Shown here: one piece after another, positions 20,287-29,725 of the stretch
Layout of the letters: each line of letters starts with the position of its first letter
Position numbering within the stretch: position 1 is the stretch's first letter
Assembly (NCBI GenBank): GCA_021325135.1
Contig: JAJPHT010000015.1
Coordinates: 160,001 to 224,000 of the forward strand
Source of the DNA: Pseudomonadota bacterium
GTDB lineage: Archaea; Thermoplasmatota; SW-10-69-26; JACQPN01; JAJPHT01
Length of the DNA stretch: 64,000 nucleotides
Reading direction: 5' to 3'
The notes under the pieces: generated by a model
What the model was told of the DNA's origin: nothing
Seen by the model: only the letters and a program-made list of their open reading frames with translations
Database searches by the model: none
Translations under genes and position numbers: made by a program

Positions 20287-20287
20287 A

Positions 20288-20304
20288 ATTGACTCATGGT
20301 CAAT
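20288..20304. promoter_or_regulatory. Palindromic operator between divergent regulator genes
   Basis: ATTGAC-TCATG-GTCAAT in an AT-rich 63-bp divergent gap. Confidence 0.6.
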
Positions 20305-20349
20305 CTTGTTGAAGAAATTGTTGATGCCTGGGAGGGCGTTCGATCCCCC

Positions 20350-20601
20350 ATGACGCTCCCCCCGTCTGCCCTGAGGGTCCTGGAAGTCCTGGAGACCCGC
20401 GGCCCCCTCACGCACAAGCAGCTCGTCGCCGCCACCCCCATCCCCGCGCGCACCGTCCGGTTCGCGCTCACCCGCCTCAAGGAGGCCGGCAAGGTGGAGG
20501 AGCGCCCCAGCTTCCGCGACTCCCGCCAATCGTACTACCGCGTGCCGGCCGCCGCCCCGGCCGCGCCCACCCTCGCGGCAGGAGGCGCCATCGCGGCCTG
20601 A
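20350..20601 (+). CDS. Small winged-HTH (MarR/ArsR-like) regulator
   Basis: LPPSALRVLEVLETRGPLTHKQL..PARTVRFALTRLKEAG..DSRQSYY. Confidence 0.85.
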   Translation: MTLPPSALRVLEVLETRGPLTHKQLVAATPIPARTVRFALTRLKEAGKVEERPSFRDSRQSYYRVPAAAPAAPTLAAGGAIAA

Positions 20602-20767
20602 TCCGTCTTCGTCTCAAGCCTCTTTTCGCCGACGCGGAGCCTTGTGACCTCCCCGCGCCGGCTTTTGCGCACCCTTCTGCCCCCAGCGAGCGCGCTGGCG
20701 CTTGCCGCCTCCCGTTGCCACGGCCAACGGTGATATCTTCCTCGCGGGCCTCACGGGGTCGACGACC

Positions 20768-21604
<837 letters not shown>

Positions 21605-21671
21605 ACGGGCGGGAAGGGCGCTTTCCGGAAAAGCCGCGCCGTCTTGCGAGCGGGCGCCCTTCTCGCCGAGC

Positions 21672-21932
21672 ATGGCCCAGGCCACATCCCCCAAGCATGC
21701 GAGCAACACCCACGAGCACCGCACGGCCAAGATCATCGAGCTGGTCGGAAGCTCGCGGATCGGCTTCGAGGACGCCATCCGGAACGCCCTGGAGGACGCC
21801 CGCGAGAGCGTCCACGGCATCGGCGGCGCGCACGTGACCAACTACAGCGTCAAGTGCGAGGACGGGCACGTCATCGAGTGGAAGGTCGACCTCAAGATCG
21901 CCTTCGGGATCGACCGGACGAGCCCGCCGTGA
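21672..21932 (+). CDS. Dodecin family protein
   Basis: KIIELVGSS..FEDAIRNAL..EWKVDLKIAF. Confidence 0.85.
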   Translation: MAQATSPKHASNTHEHRTAKIIELVGSSRIGFEDAIRNALEDARESVHGIGGAHVTNYSVKCEDGHVIEWKVDLKIAFGIDRTSPP

Positions 21933-21989
21933 ACAAGGGAGCGTCGTGGGGTTTCCTCATCGTCATCGTCCGGCGGCGCCGCTACCCGC

Positions 21990-22081
21990 GGGGGGTTCGG
22001 GGGGCGCAGCCCCCTGACGTTTCGATCGTCTGCTGGAACGGTTCCTTCACGTCAGGGGGGCGAGCCCCCCTGAAACCCCCC
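21990..22081. repeat. Inverted pair of REP-like palindromes, family B
   Basis: GGGGGTTCGGGGGGCGCAGCCCCCTGACGT ... ACGTCAGGGGGGCGAGCCCCCCTGAAACCCCC; related element at 39970-40104. Confidence 0.7.
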
Positions 22082-22168
22082 ATTTTGGCCGCGCTGCGGC
22101 GCGGCCGGACAACGACCCCCGCTTTGGGCCGCAGCCCTTTTGCCGCCCCGCCCGGATGGCCCGCCCCG

Positions 22169-23278
22169 ATGAACGTGGAGGACCGCCTGGCCCTCGTCCG
22201 CGAGGTGGGCGAGGAGATCGTCACCGAGGACGAGCTTCGCGCCCTGCTGGAGGCGAAGCCGCACCCCGTGGCCTACGACGGCTTCGAGCCCAGCGGCACG
22301 ATCCACGTCGCGCAGGGCATCCTGCGGGCCATCAACGTCAACAAGATGACGCTGGCCGGCGTCCGGTTCAAGATGTTCGTCGCGGACTGGCACGCGTGGG
22401 CCAACAACAAGATGGGCGGCGACCTGGAGAAGATCCAGGCCACGGGCCGCTACATCGTGGAGATCTGGAAGGCCACCGGCATGGACCTGGACCACGTCCA
22501 GTTCGTGTGGGCCAGCGAGTTCGTGACCGACGAGGCGTACTGGAAGAAGGTCATGAACATCGCGCGGGACTCGTCGCTGGACCGCATCCTGCGCACGACG
22601 CAGATCATGGGCCGCAGCGACAAGGACAAGCTCAGCGCCGCGCAGATCCTGTACCCGTGCATGCAGGCCGCGGACATCTTCCACCTGGGCGCTGACATCA
22701 CCCAGCTTGGCATGGACCAGAGGAAGGTCAACATGCTGGCGCGCGAGGTGGGGCCCAAGCTCGGCTACTACAAGCCCATCGTCGTGAGCCACCACATGAT
22801 GATGGGGCTCCAGGCGCCCCCCTCGGCCGAGATGGACCCCGTGGAGCGCGCCACCGCGATGAAGATGAGCAAGTCCAACCCCGACAGCGCCATCTTCATG
22901 TCCGACTCCGCGGAGCAGGTCACGAAGAAGCTCAACAAGGCCTTCTGCCCCGAGAAGGTCGTCGAGGAGAACCCCGTCCTCGAATACTTCCGCTATCTCA
23001 TCTTCCAGCGCCACTGGGCGAACCACCGCACTGGGCGCCCCGGCGAGAGCCCCGTCACCATCGAGCGCCCCGAGAAGTTCGGCGGCAACGTCACCTACGA
23101 GACGTATGCGGCGCTCGCGGCGGACTACGCCGAGGGCAAGGTCCACCCGGCGGACCTCAAGAAGACCGCCGCGCGCTACCTCAACGAGATCCTCCAGCCC
23201 GTCAGGGACCACTTCGAGAAGGACGAGAAGGCCAAGGCCCTGAAGGCGCAGGTCGAGTCGTTCAAGGTGACGCGATAG
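22169..23278 (+). CDS. tyrS: Tyrosine--tRNA ligase, archaeal/eukaryotic type
   Basis: YDGFEPSG..HVAQG, YPCMQAADIF, GMDQRKVN, KMSKS, HPADLK. Confidence 0.96.
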   Translation: MNVEDRLALVREVGEEIVTEDELRALLEAKPHPVAYDGFEPSGTIHVAQGILRAINVNKMTLAGVRFKMFVADWHAWANNKMGGDLEKIQATGRYIVEIWKATGMDLDHVQFVWASEFVTDEAYWKKVMNIARDSSLDRILRTTQIMGRSDKDKLSAAQILYPCMQAADIFHLGADITQLGMDQRKVNMLAREVGPKLGYYKPIVVSHHMMMGLQAPPSAEMDPVERATAMKMSKSNPDSAIFMSDSAEQVTKKLNKAFCPEKVVEENPVLEYFRYLIFQRHWANHRTGRPGESPVTIERPEKFGGNVTYETYAALAADYAEGKVHPADLKKTAARYLNEILQPVRDHFEKDEKAKALKAQVESFKVTR

Positions 23279-23380
23279 CTTCGCGTGCGGAGCGCGAGGG
23301 GCGCATTGCGCCGCGGGCAGAACGGTTCCGTGCGAAAGCTCGGTTCTGAGGCCAAGGATTTGCAGCTGCGCGCGAGGGGA

Positions 23381-24004
23381 CTACGGGGTCGCCGATGCCG
23401 GTCGCCATTCGACAGGGCGCGACACCGTCCAAGTCAATTCCGCTGAAGGGGTGGAATCCTCGAATCGTGCCGAAACGACATACACGCCCGGCGGGATCGT
23501 GCGGCTCACCGGGACGCAGGTTGAGCCGGTCGCCGTCGCGTTCGGCGGCGTCGAGGTGCACGCGTAATCCTGGACTGTGCCGTTCCACGTGATGTTGAAC
23601 GTGCGCAGTTCCCCCGGAGGAAGCTGGTCGGCGTCGAACGTGGGACATCCTCCGTGCATGATCGACCAGGCTGAGCTGTTCTCGAAAGCCGCGTCTGGAC
23701 TGCGTTCGGAGACGTACTCGAATCCGCCCAGGCCAACGCGAAGGTCTGGCCCGCCTCCGCATCGCCCACCCGGCGTCAGGTTGAGGGGCTGGCTGCCACA
23801 GTTGAGCAGAGAGATGGAGAAGAGGACCCTGGCGCCGATCTGCCCTTGTGACGTCGATGGGGTGAGCCCAATTTGCGCGCACGACCCAGGAACGCGCGCC
23901 TGGCCCGCGGGATCTCCAGGCTGCGCGGATGGGGCCCGTCCAGTTCCGGAGCAGCCAGCGAGAATGGCTGCGACGATGACGACGATGACCACAAGAATGC
24001 GCAT
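23381..24004 (-). CDS. Hypothetical lipoprotein with Ig-like domain
   Basis: Lipobox ILAGC; LPPGELRTFNITWNG..PPGVYVVSARF; atypical codon usage. Confidence 0.65.
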   Translation of the reverse strand: MRILVVIVVIVAAILAGCSGTGRAPSAQPGDPAGQARVPGSCAQIGLTPSTSQGQIGARVLFSISLLNCGSQPLNLTPGGRCGGGPDLRVGLGGFEYVSERSPDAAFENSSAWSIMHGGCPTFDADQLPPGELRTFNITWNGTVQDYACTSTPPNATATGSTCVPVSRTIPPGVYVVSARFEDSTPSAELTWTVSRPVEWRPASATP

Positions 24005-24188
24005 GTCTATCCTCGTGATGAGGTGGGGCCATTTTCCTCTTTCGGTGCGAGACGTGAGGCGGAACCGGGCAGCGGTCGCTCGGGTGGAGAATTATTTCGC
24101 GAAGCACCGCGTCGAAACGGTGCGCAAGCAAGATTGTTACTCGGTCACGAAGCGTTTATCCTCGCTCGGGCCAGTCGCTGCGCTTCGG

Positions 24189-25193
24189 ATGAACGTCAAA
24201 ATCGTGGTTCTCTGCGCCATAGCGCTCGCCGGGGCCCCTCTCTTCGCGCTCTCAGCGCCAGCCACAGCGTACCAACTTCCCGCCGTGAGCGATGGGCATA
24301 CGCCCGTGCCCATGCCGGATGGATCGGGACGCTTCGTGGTCCCTCCCCCGGGAACTCCCTTGCCGCTCGTGATGGCGGAGATGGTCCCCGCCAAAACGCA
24401 GCCGCATGGCATGTACGTGCCCGGCTCGAAGCCGGTGGACGCCAACATCCACTTCGTCGATCCCGAATGGGTCACCAACCCACAGGGGAGCGGCGCGCTG
24501 ACCTTGACGTGCCAGAGTTTCCACGCAGGCTGGGACCAGAACGGCGCGACCACCCAGCGCGGCACGAGCATCTTCATCAAGATCGCGGGCCTGCCCTTCA
24601 CGTTCACCTCGGACAATTGCAGCGGTGGCGACGTCTCGGCTTGGGAGGGCACGCCCCTATCTTGCTCGGGGTCCTGCTCCGCCTACATCCAGGCGGGATG
24701 GGAAGTCGATCCCGGCACGAGCACGGTTGCCCACTTCATGTGCGAGTCCCGCGCCGGCGGCGGGATCGACCACAAGATCGACACCACCAATCACGCGAAC
24801 AACGAGCGCGTGAACTTCTGGACCACCTACACGACGCCTTCCGGCAAGCCCACGGGGTGGTACGCCTTCGCGTCCAACGCTCTCCTGACCTGCTCGGGTC
24901 TTGGTGGGGTCACGAGCTCCTCGTATTCCGGGCTGTTCGAAACGGAGGAGAACTACGCGACCGCGTCCACCTCCACGGACGGGCCCTTCAACTACCAGAG
25001 CTTCACCTACGGTTGCGGCAGCCTCGACTGGTGCAGCGTCGCCCAGATCATTGCGAAGTATCAGCCGAGCCAAACCGAGGCGTGCGCAGGGAACACGAAG
25101 GCAGGGACGCCCACCAACACCGTCGGTGGAGACGTCACCATCGGCTCGGGCCAGACTTGCACGGTGGCGGGCACCACGTTCAACATTCCGTAG
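24189..25193 (+). CDS. Secreted Cys-rich protein, candidate glutamic peptidase (G1/neprosin-like)
   Basis: Signal peptide, Pro-rich pro-region, SAWEG...YIQAGWEV segment. Confidence 0.55.
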   Translation: MNVKIVVLCAIALAGAPLFALSAPATAYQLPAVSDGHTPVPMPDGSGRFVVPPPGTPLPLVMAEMVPAKTQPHGMYVPGSKPVDANIHFVDPEWVTNPQGSGALTLTCQSFHAGWDQNGATTQRGTSIFIKIAGLPFTFTSDNCSGGDVSAWEGTPLSCSGSCSAYIQAGWEVDPGTSTVAHFMCESRAGGGIDHKIDTTNHANNERVNFWTTYTTPSGKPTGWYAFASNALLTCSGLGGVTSSSYSGLFETEENYATASTSTDGPFNYQSFTYGCGSLDWCSVAQIIAKYQPSQTEACAGNTKAGTPTNTVGGDVTIGSGQTCTVAGTTFNIP

Positions 25194-25273
25194 GGCCAGC
25201 GTCAGCCGCGCCTGGTCCTGCCTCCGCCCCCGGTTGCCGAAACGGTTAATCCCGGCTGCGCGAATCGTTCGAC

Positions 25274-25705
25274 GTGCCCTCCTTCCTGCTGGTGGACGAC
25301 AGCCCCACGGTCCTCCTGACGCTGCGGCACGCCATCGTCCAGGCGCGGGGCGACGTGCGCATCCACGAGGCGACGGACGCGAGCCGCGCGCTGAAGCTCT
25401 TCGACGACGCGCGGCCCGACGTCGTGATGATGGACATGGTCATGCCCGAGGACCAGGAGGAGCCCAAGGAGGAGGACGACGAGCCCGAGAGCGCGGGGCT
25501 CAAGCTCGTCCAGGAGATGCTGGCGCGCCGGCCCGGGACGACGATCCTCCTCGTGACGGGGCTTCCGCCCAGCCACCCCGACGTGACGGCGGCGGTGAGC
25601 CTGGGCGTCGCGGGCGTCATGCGCAAGCCGGTGCGGCCCGACGACGTGAAGGCGGCGCTGGCGTCGCTCTTCCCCGACGCGGACTCGCTCTCCTACTTCG
25701 GCTGA
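25274..25705 (+). CDS. Stand-alone response regulator receiver (CheY-like)
   Basis: LLVDDS, PDVVMMDMVMP, LLVTG, RKPV. Confidence 0.9.
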   Translation: MPSFLLVDDSPTVLLTLRHAIVQARGDVRIHEATDASRALKLFDDARPDVVMMDMVMPEDQEEPKEEDDEPESAGLKLVQEMLARRPGTTILLVTGLPPSHPDVTAAVSLGVAGVMRKPVRPDDVKAALASLFPDADSLSYFG

Positions 25706-26031
25706 TCGCGCAGCCAGGCGAGGCCGCTCTCGCGCTGCTTCTGCGCCCGCGCGAGCCGGTCGCGCCACGCGTCGGGCGGCGTCGCGTCGGGCATATGCTC
25801 CACCTCGCGCATGGTGGCGGAGAGGCCGGCGAGCCCGAAGAGGGCGGCGCTGGACTTCAGCGAGTGCGCGGCGCGGCGGGCCCGCTCCCACGAGCGCGTC
25901 TCGATGCCGAGGCGAAGCTCCTCCAGGTGCTTGCCCGACTCCGCCTCGAAGATCGCGCGGATCGGCTCGTAGTCCTCGCCCATCTGCTCGCGCAGCGTCG
26001 CCAGCACGGAGGGTTCCAGCTCGGGCTCCAC
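25693..26031 (-). CDS. Stand-alone HPt (histidine phosphotransfer) protein
   Basis: LEPSVLATLREQMG..F..RRAAHSLKSSAALFG; GTG start inferred. Confidence 0.82.
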   Translation of the reverse strand: MEPELEPSVLATLREQMGEDYEPIRAIFEAESGKHLEELRLGIETRSWERARRAAHSLKSSAALFGLAGLSATMREVEHMPDATPPDAWRDRLARAQKQRESGLAWLRDQPK

Positions 26032-26094
26032 GGCCGCCGGAGGCGGTAACGGGGTTTGGGCTTTTCCGAGGGAGGGGCGTTCCCTCCTTGTCGG

Positions 26095-26197
26095 ATGAAG
26101 ACGGAAATCAGGGCCATCGGCTTCCGCCGGCCTTCGGGCCGTCGGGCCGATGGTCCTGGGAGAGCGCATGAAAAGCGAGATCAGGACCATCGGCTTC
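26095..26197 (+). repeat. Duplicated 5' end of the DUF99 gene with an internal inverted copy
   Basis: ATGAAGACGGAAATCAGGGCCATCGGCTTC (26095) vs ATGAAAAGCGAGATCAGGACCATCGGCTTC (26168); inverted GCCGATGGTCCTG at 26146-26158. Confidence 0.75.
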
Positions 26198-26713
26198 GAC
26201 GACGCCCCGTTCACGCGCCCCGACGGCCGCGTCCCCGTGGTGGGCGTCCACATGCGCGGCTCGACCCGCGTGGAGGGCATCCTGGCCACGGACGTGCTGC
26301 GCGACGGAGGCGACGCCACGGCCCGCGTCGCGCGCTGCGTCGCCGGGTCGGGCCTGCGCGGCACCAAGGCGATCCTCCTGGACGGGGCCTCCTTCGCGGG
26401 GTTCAACGTCGTGGACCTCGACGGGCTGGCGGAGGAGACGGGCGTCCCCTGCATCGCGTTCACCAAGGGCGTGCCGGACTACGCGGCCATCCGCGCCGCG
26501 CTGGCCAACGTGCCCGACCCCGAGGCCAAGTGGGCGCTCATCGAGCGGCGCCGCACCGCGACGCTCCCCACGGCGACCTCGCCCATCACCGTCTCGTGGG
26601 CAGGGGATGTGGACCAGGCGCGCGTTGCGGAGATCCTTGCTCTCACGACGGCCCACGGCCTCGTGCCCGAGCCGCTGCGCGTGGCGCACCTCGTGGCCAG
26701 CGTCATGCGCTAG
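26168..26713 (+). CDS. DUF99 family protein (endonuclease V-like fold)
   Basis: IGFDDAPF, DGGDAT, LLDGASFAGFNVVD, PEPLRVAHL. Confidence 0.88.
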   Translation: MKSEIRTIGFDDAPFTRPDGRVPVVGVHMRGSTRVEGILATDVLRDGGDATARVARCVAGSGLRGTKAILLDGASFAGFNVVDLDGLAEETGVPCIAFTKGVPDYAAIRAALANVPDPEAKWALIERRRTATLPTATSPITVSWAGDVDQARVAEILALTTAHGLVPEPLRVAHLVASVMR

Positions 26714-27296
26714 CGGGCGCCAGGGTGAGCGTGCCCTGCACCTTGAAGTCCACGCTGGAGAAGACCAGCGCGCCGCTGGGCGTCGGCGTGATGGCCAGGC
26801 TCCCGACGCTCAACGCGATGGCGCCGTCGGCGGGCAGCGCCTTCAGGTCGACGTCCAGCGTCATGGGGCTGGGCGCCGACTTGTAATCATTGCACTGGAA
26901 GCTCGCGGCGTCCCCCTTCTTGCCGGTGCAGACCGAGGCGTAGAACGTCATGCCGGGCTGCTGCGCGCCGTACTCGATCTTCACGACGACGCGCCTGGGC
27001 ACGCCCTTGGCGTCCACGACGTGGAAGCTCTCGGAGCCCGTCTGGGAGAACTGGCACTGGTCCGCGGGCGTGCCGTAGGAGCAGGCCCCCGTGGGCGACG
27101 TGCCGCTGTACGAGATGGGGACGGGCGGCGGAGCCACGGGCGCCGTCTCGTTGGGCGTCGCGTTCGCCAGGGGCGCCGCGGCGGGCGAGAGGGTGGCGGT
27201 CTCCTTCGTCGCGGGCGTGGGCGTGGAGCCCCCGAGGCAGCCGGCGCCAAGGGATGCGGAGAGAAGGATGAGCGCGAGCAGCCGGGCCTGGATCAC
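26703..27296 (-). CDS. Hypothetical lipoprotein
   Basis: GTG start, lipobox LGAGCLG, Pro/Thr linker, 4 further Cys. Confidence 0.7.
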   Translation of the reverse strand: MIQARLLALILLSASLGAGCLGGSTPTPATKETATLSPAAAPLANATPNETAPVAPPPVPISYSGTSPTGACSYGTPADQCQFSQTGSESFHVVDAKGVPRRVVVKIEYGAQQPGMTFYASVCTGKKGDAASFQCNDYKSAPSPMTLDVDLKALPADGAIALSVGSLAITPTPSGALVFSSVDFKVQGTLTLAPASA

Positions 27297-27436
27297 GGGG
27301 TTCCCCGGCGGCGCGAGGCCAGGACGGGTCTTCACGTTTGTGGATGGGTCGTGCTCCGGCGATCGTCCGGCTGGGGGCGCCCGCCTGGCCGGATGAACAA
27401 AAGCCGAAAGTGATATCACGATGGGGCCCGATCAAA

Positions 27437-27480
27437 GGGTGGCCGGGTCCACCCCCCCATCCCGTTTTTCCCGGCCTTTT
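27437..27480 (+). ncRNA. Candidate small RNA (C-rich loop hairpin plus T-tract); may be only a terminator
   Basis: Promoter-like CGAAAGTGATAT at 27405-27416; stem GGCCGGG/CCCGGCC, loop TCCACCCCCCCATCCCGTTTTT, then TTTT. Confidence 0.35.
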
Positions 27481-27487
27481 CATGCCG

Positions 27488-28564
27488 TTACTTGATGGAC
27501 GCCGCGAAGCCCGTCTCGCCCACGCGGCGCTTCAGCTCCACGATGACGTCCACGGGGGTGGGGTCCACGCTGCGCAGCGCGGCGAGGTAGACCGAGACGG
27601 CGTCCCCCGCGAGGCTGCTGGTGAGGAGGCGCTCGGGGAGCGTCTCGCCGCGGCTGTCGATCTGCACGACGCGCCCCCCCTTCTCCTGGATGAGGCGGCC
27701 GGTGAACGCGAAGCGCGCCTTGGCCTGCTCGTGCTCGCCCGCGTGGCGCAGGAAGACGGCGGTGAAGCGGTCGAGGTCCACGTCGCCGTCCCAGCCCACG
27801 AGCTCGTTGTGGTTCATCTCCGGCATGACGCCCCACCACGAGAGGACCTTGCCGTTCTCGTTGAGCTGGTTCGCGAAGCGGCGCGCGGCGGGGGCCAGGA
27901 CGCCCGACGCGTAGACGGCCGCGACGCTCTCCTGGAGCGCGAGGGCGATGCGCTTGGCCTCGTTCTTGGCCGCGGGCACGTCGGGCGCCACCTCGACGAC
28001 GGACTCGCGCAGCGTGCGCACGGTCCTCTCCAGCGCGCGGCGCGTGGGCAGGACGCCCAGGTGGTCCAGGAGCGCGGCGCAGGTGCCGAAATTCGCGGGC
28101 AGCGCGGCGCGGGGCATCATCTTCGCGCCCGAGATGCGCGCGAAGGGCGCGCCGTAGGACTTGGCGAGCTGCTCCAGGCGCGCGCCGGTGCTCACCGCGG
28201 CGAGCATGGCGCCCTGCTTGCGCGCCTGCGCGAAGGCGGCCAGCGTCTCCTCGGTGTTGCCGCTGTAGGAGACGGCCAGCACGAGCGTGTCCTTGTCGAC
28301 CCAGCGCGGAAGCTCGTAGGCCCGGGAGACGAGCACGGGCGCCTTGCCCTCCTCGTCGGCCCACGCCGCGAGGTAGTCCCCGCTGATGGCGCTGCCGCCC
28401 ATGCCCACGACGAGCACGCGCTGCGGCGCGCGGGGCAGGCTCCCCTCGAAGGTCTGCTGGAGCGCGGCGTCGAGCTGCTGGGGGTAGCTCAGCACGTGCC
28501 CCAGCATGTCCTCGCGGTCGGCCGCGCGCAGCGTCTCCTCGGGAATGTCCAGCATGTCGACCAT
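27488..28564 (-). CDS. Bifunctional phosphoglucose/phosphomannose isomerase (SIS fold)
   Basis: GMGGSAISGD, SYSGNTEET, PRAA, NENGK, PEMNHNE. Confidence 0.93.
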   Translation of the reverse strand: MVDMLDIPEETLRAADREDMLGHVLSYPQQLDAALQQTFEGSLPRAPQRVLVVGMGGSAISGDYLAAWADEEGKAPVLVSRAYELPRWVDKDTLVLAVSYSGNTEETLAAFAQARKQGAMLAAVSTGARLEQLAKSYGAPFARISGAKMMPRAALPANFGTCAALLDHLGVLPTRRALERTVRTLRESVVEVAPDVPAAKNEAKRIALALQESVAAVYASGVLAPAARRFANQLNENGKVLSWWGVMPEMNHNELVGWDGDVDLDRFTAVFLRHAGEHEQAKARFAFTGRLIQEKGGRVVQIDSRGETLPERLLTSSLAGDAVSVYLAALRSVDPTPVDVIVELKRRVGETGFAASIK

Positions 28565-28765
28565 CGGCCCCCACGCGGCGGCAAGGTCGTTAAGGTTTGG
28601 GGCTCGCGCCCCTTTCGGCGGGCCCTGCCGCGTCGCGCTATGCGCGCGCGGGCGCTGCGCAGCCCCGGCCCGCGGCGGGTCGGGAAGGCAGCACAGAGGC
28701 CCCGCCGCGGGCCGGCTCCAAAGGCTGATGCACGCCCAGTCCGTTGCGAGCGCGAGGCTGAACAC

Positions 28766-28978
28766 TTGCGCGTCCTCTTTGCTGCCCTGCTCGTGCTCGC
28801 GATCGCGACCTTCCTCGTGCCCCCGACGGCGCAGGCCACCGAGACGGTGACCGTCTGCTCCGAGTTCGAGCCCAACGGAGGCTGCGGCCTGGAGTACCTC
28901 TGCGTCAGCGCGTCGGGCGACGTGAACCTGGGCCCCCGCTGCATCCGCGACCCCTGCACGAACCCCAACGTCTGCTGA
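28766..28978 (+). CDS. Small secreted six-Cys protein (P6)
   Basis: TTG start; signal peptide ending AQA; C-x8-C-x5-C-x12-C-x4-C-x5-C. Confidence 0.7.
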   Translation: MRVLFAALLVLAIATFLVPPTAQATETVTVCSEFEPNGGCGLEYLCVSASGDVNLGPRCIRDPCTNPNVC

Positions 28979-29015
28979 GCAAGGCTCATGCCGGGGGGCC
29001 CGTCATGGGGCGGCG

Positions 29016-29663
29016 ATGCCCGGCCGCCTGACCCTCGGGCTCTACAACTCCTACGACCCGAGGCGCTTCCTGGAGGCCCACCGCCGCGCGCTGGTCCGCG
29101 CCGCGCCCCTGGCGCTGGCGTTCGACGCCAGCGTGGCGGCCTTCGGGTTCCCCTTCGCGGACCTCGCCGCGCACGGTGGGCGCACCTCGGAGAACCGCAG
29201 CCGCGGCTCCGAGGACAAGCGCGGCCAGGGGGAGCCCGTGGAGCTTCGCACGCCCGTGGAGATCGCCGAGTACGTCGCCGCGACGACCAGCGTGGCCGGC
29301 GCCAAGGGCGCGGAGGAGGGCGCCGAGCCCTTCGTCGCGCTGGCCCGCGCGGGGCGCTTCCACGTCTTCGACTTCCCCAAGAAGGGCTTCCCGCCGCAGC
29401 TTGGCGCGCTGGTCCTGGCCACCGAGCACGCGCAATGCCCCAAGGACACCAGCGCGCGGGCCATCGCGAGGGAGCTCGTGGACGGCCGCAGCCAGCTGGT
29501 CCTCTTCGGGCTCGGGCCCCACGGCACGCCTCCCGAGGTGCGCGAGGTCGCGCAGTGGGAGTTCGACGTGACCGGCGGCAACGTGGGGCTGGAGACCGCG
29601 ACGGCCATGGGCGCCGTGGCCGCCGCCATCGCCGCGCACCGCGAGATGCTCCAACCCCGCTAG
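29016..29663 (+). CDS. DUF531 family protein (predicted SPOUT methyltransferase)
   Basis: LTLGLYNSYD..EAHRRAL, GLGPHG, DVTGGNVGLETATAMG. Confidence 0.82.
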   Translation: MPGRLTLGLYNSYDPRRFLEAHRRALVRAAPLALAFDASVAAFGFPFADLAAHGGRTSENRSRGSEDKRGQGEPVELRTPVEIAEYVAATTSVAGAKGAEEGAEPFVALARAGRFHVFDFPKKGFPPQLGALVLATEHAQCPKDTSARAIARELVDGRSQLVLFGLGPHGTPPEVREVAQWEFDVTGGNVGLETATAMGAVAAAIAAHREMLQPR

Positions 29664-29725
29664 AAGAGGGCCTGCGTAGGCGCGTGGCTTATCTACCCCC
29701 GAGAGGCGTTGGGCGCCGGGAGACC

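Noticed and set aside
21644-22168. Long N-terminal extensions in the ORF track (TyrRS, GuaAb, PriL, kinases, TFS)
   Set aside because: Produced by the first available start in open GC-rich frames; homology motifs and promoter-like boxes point to the downstream starts used above
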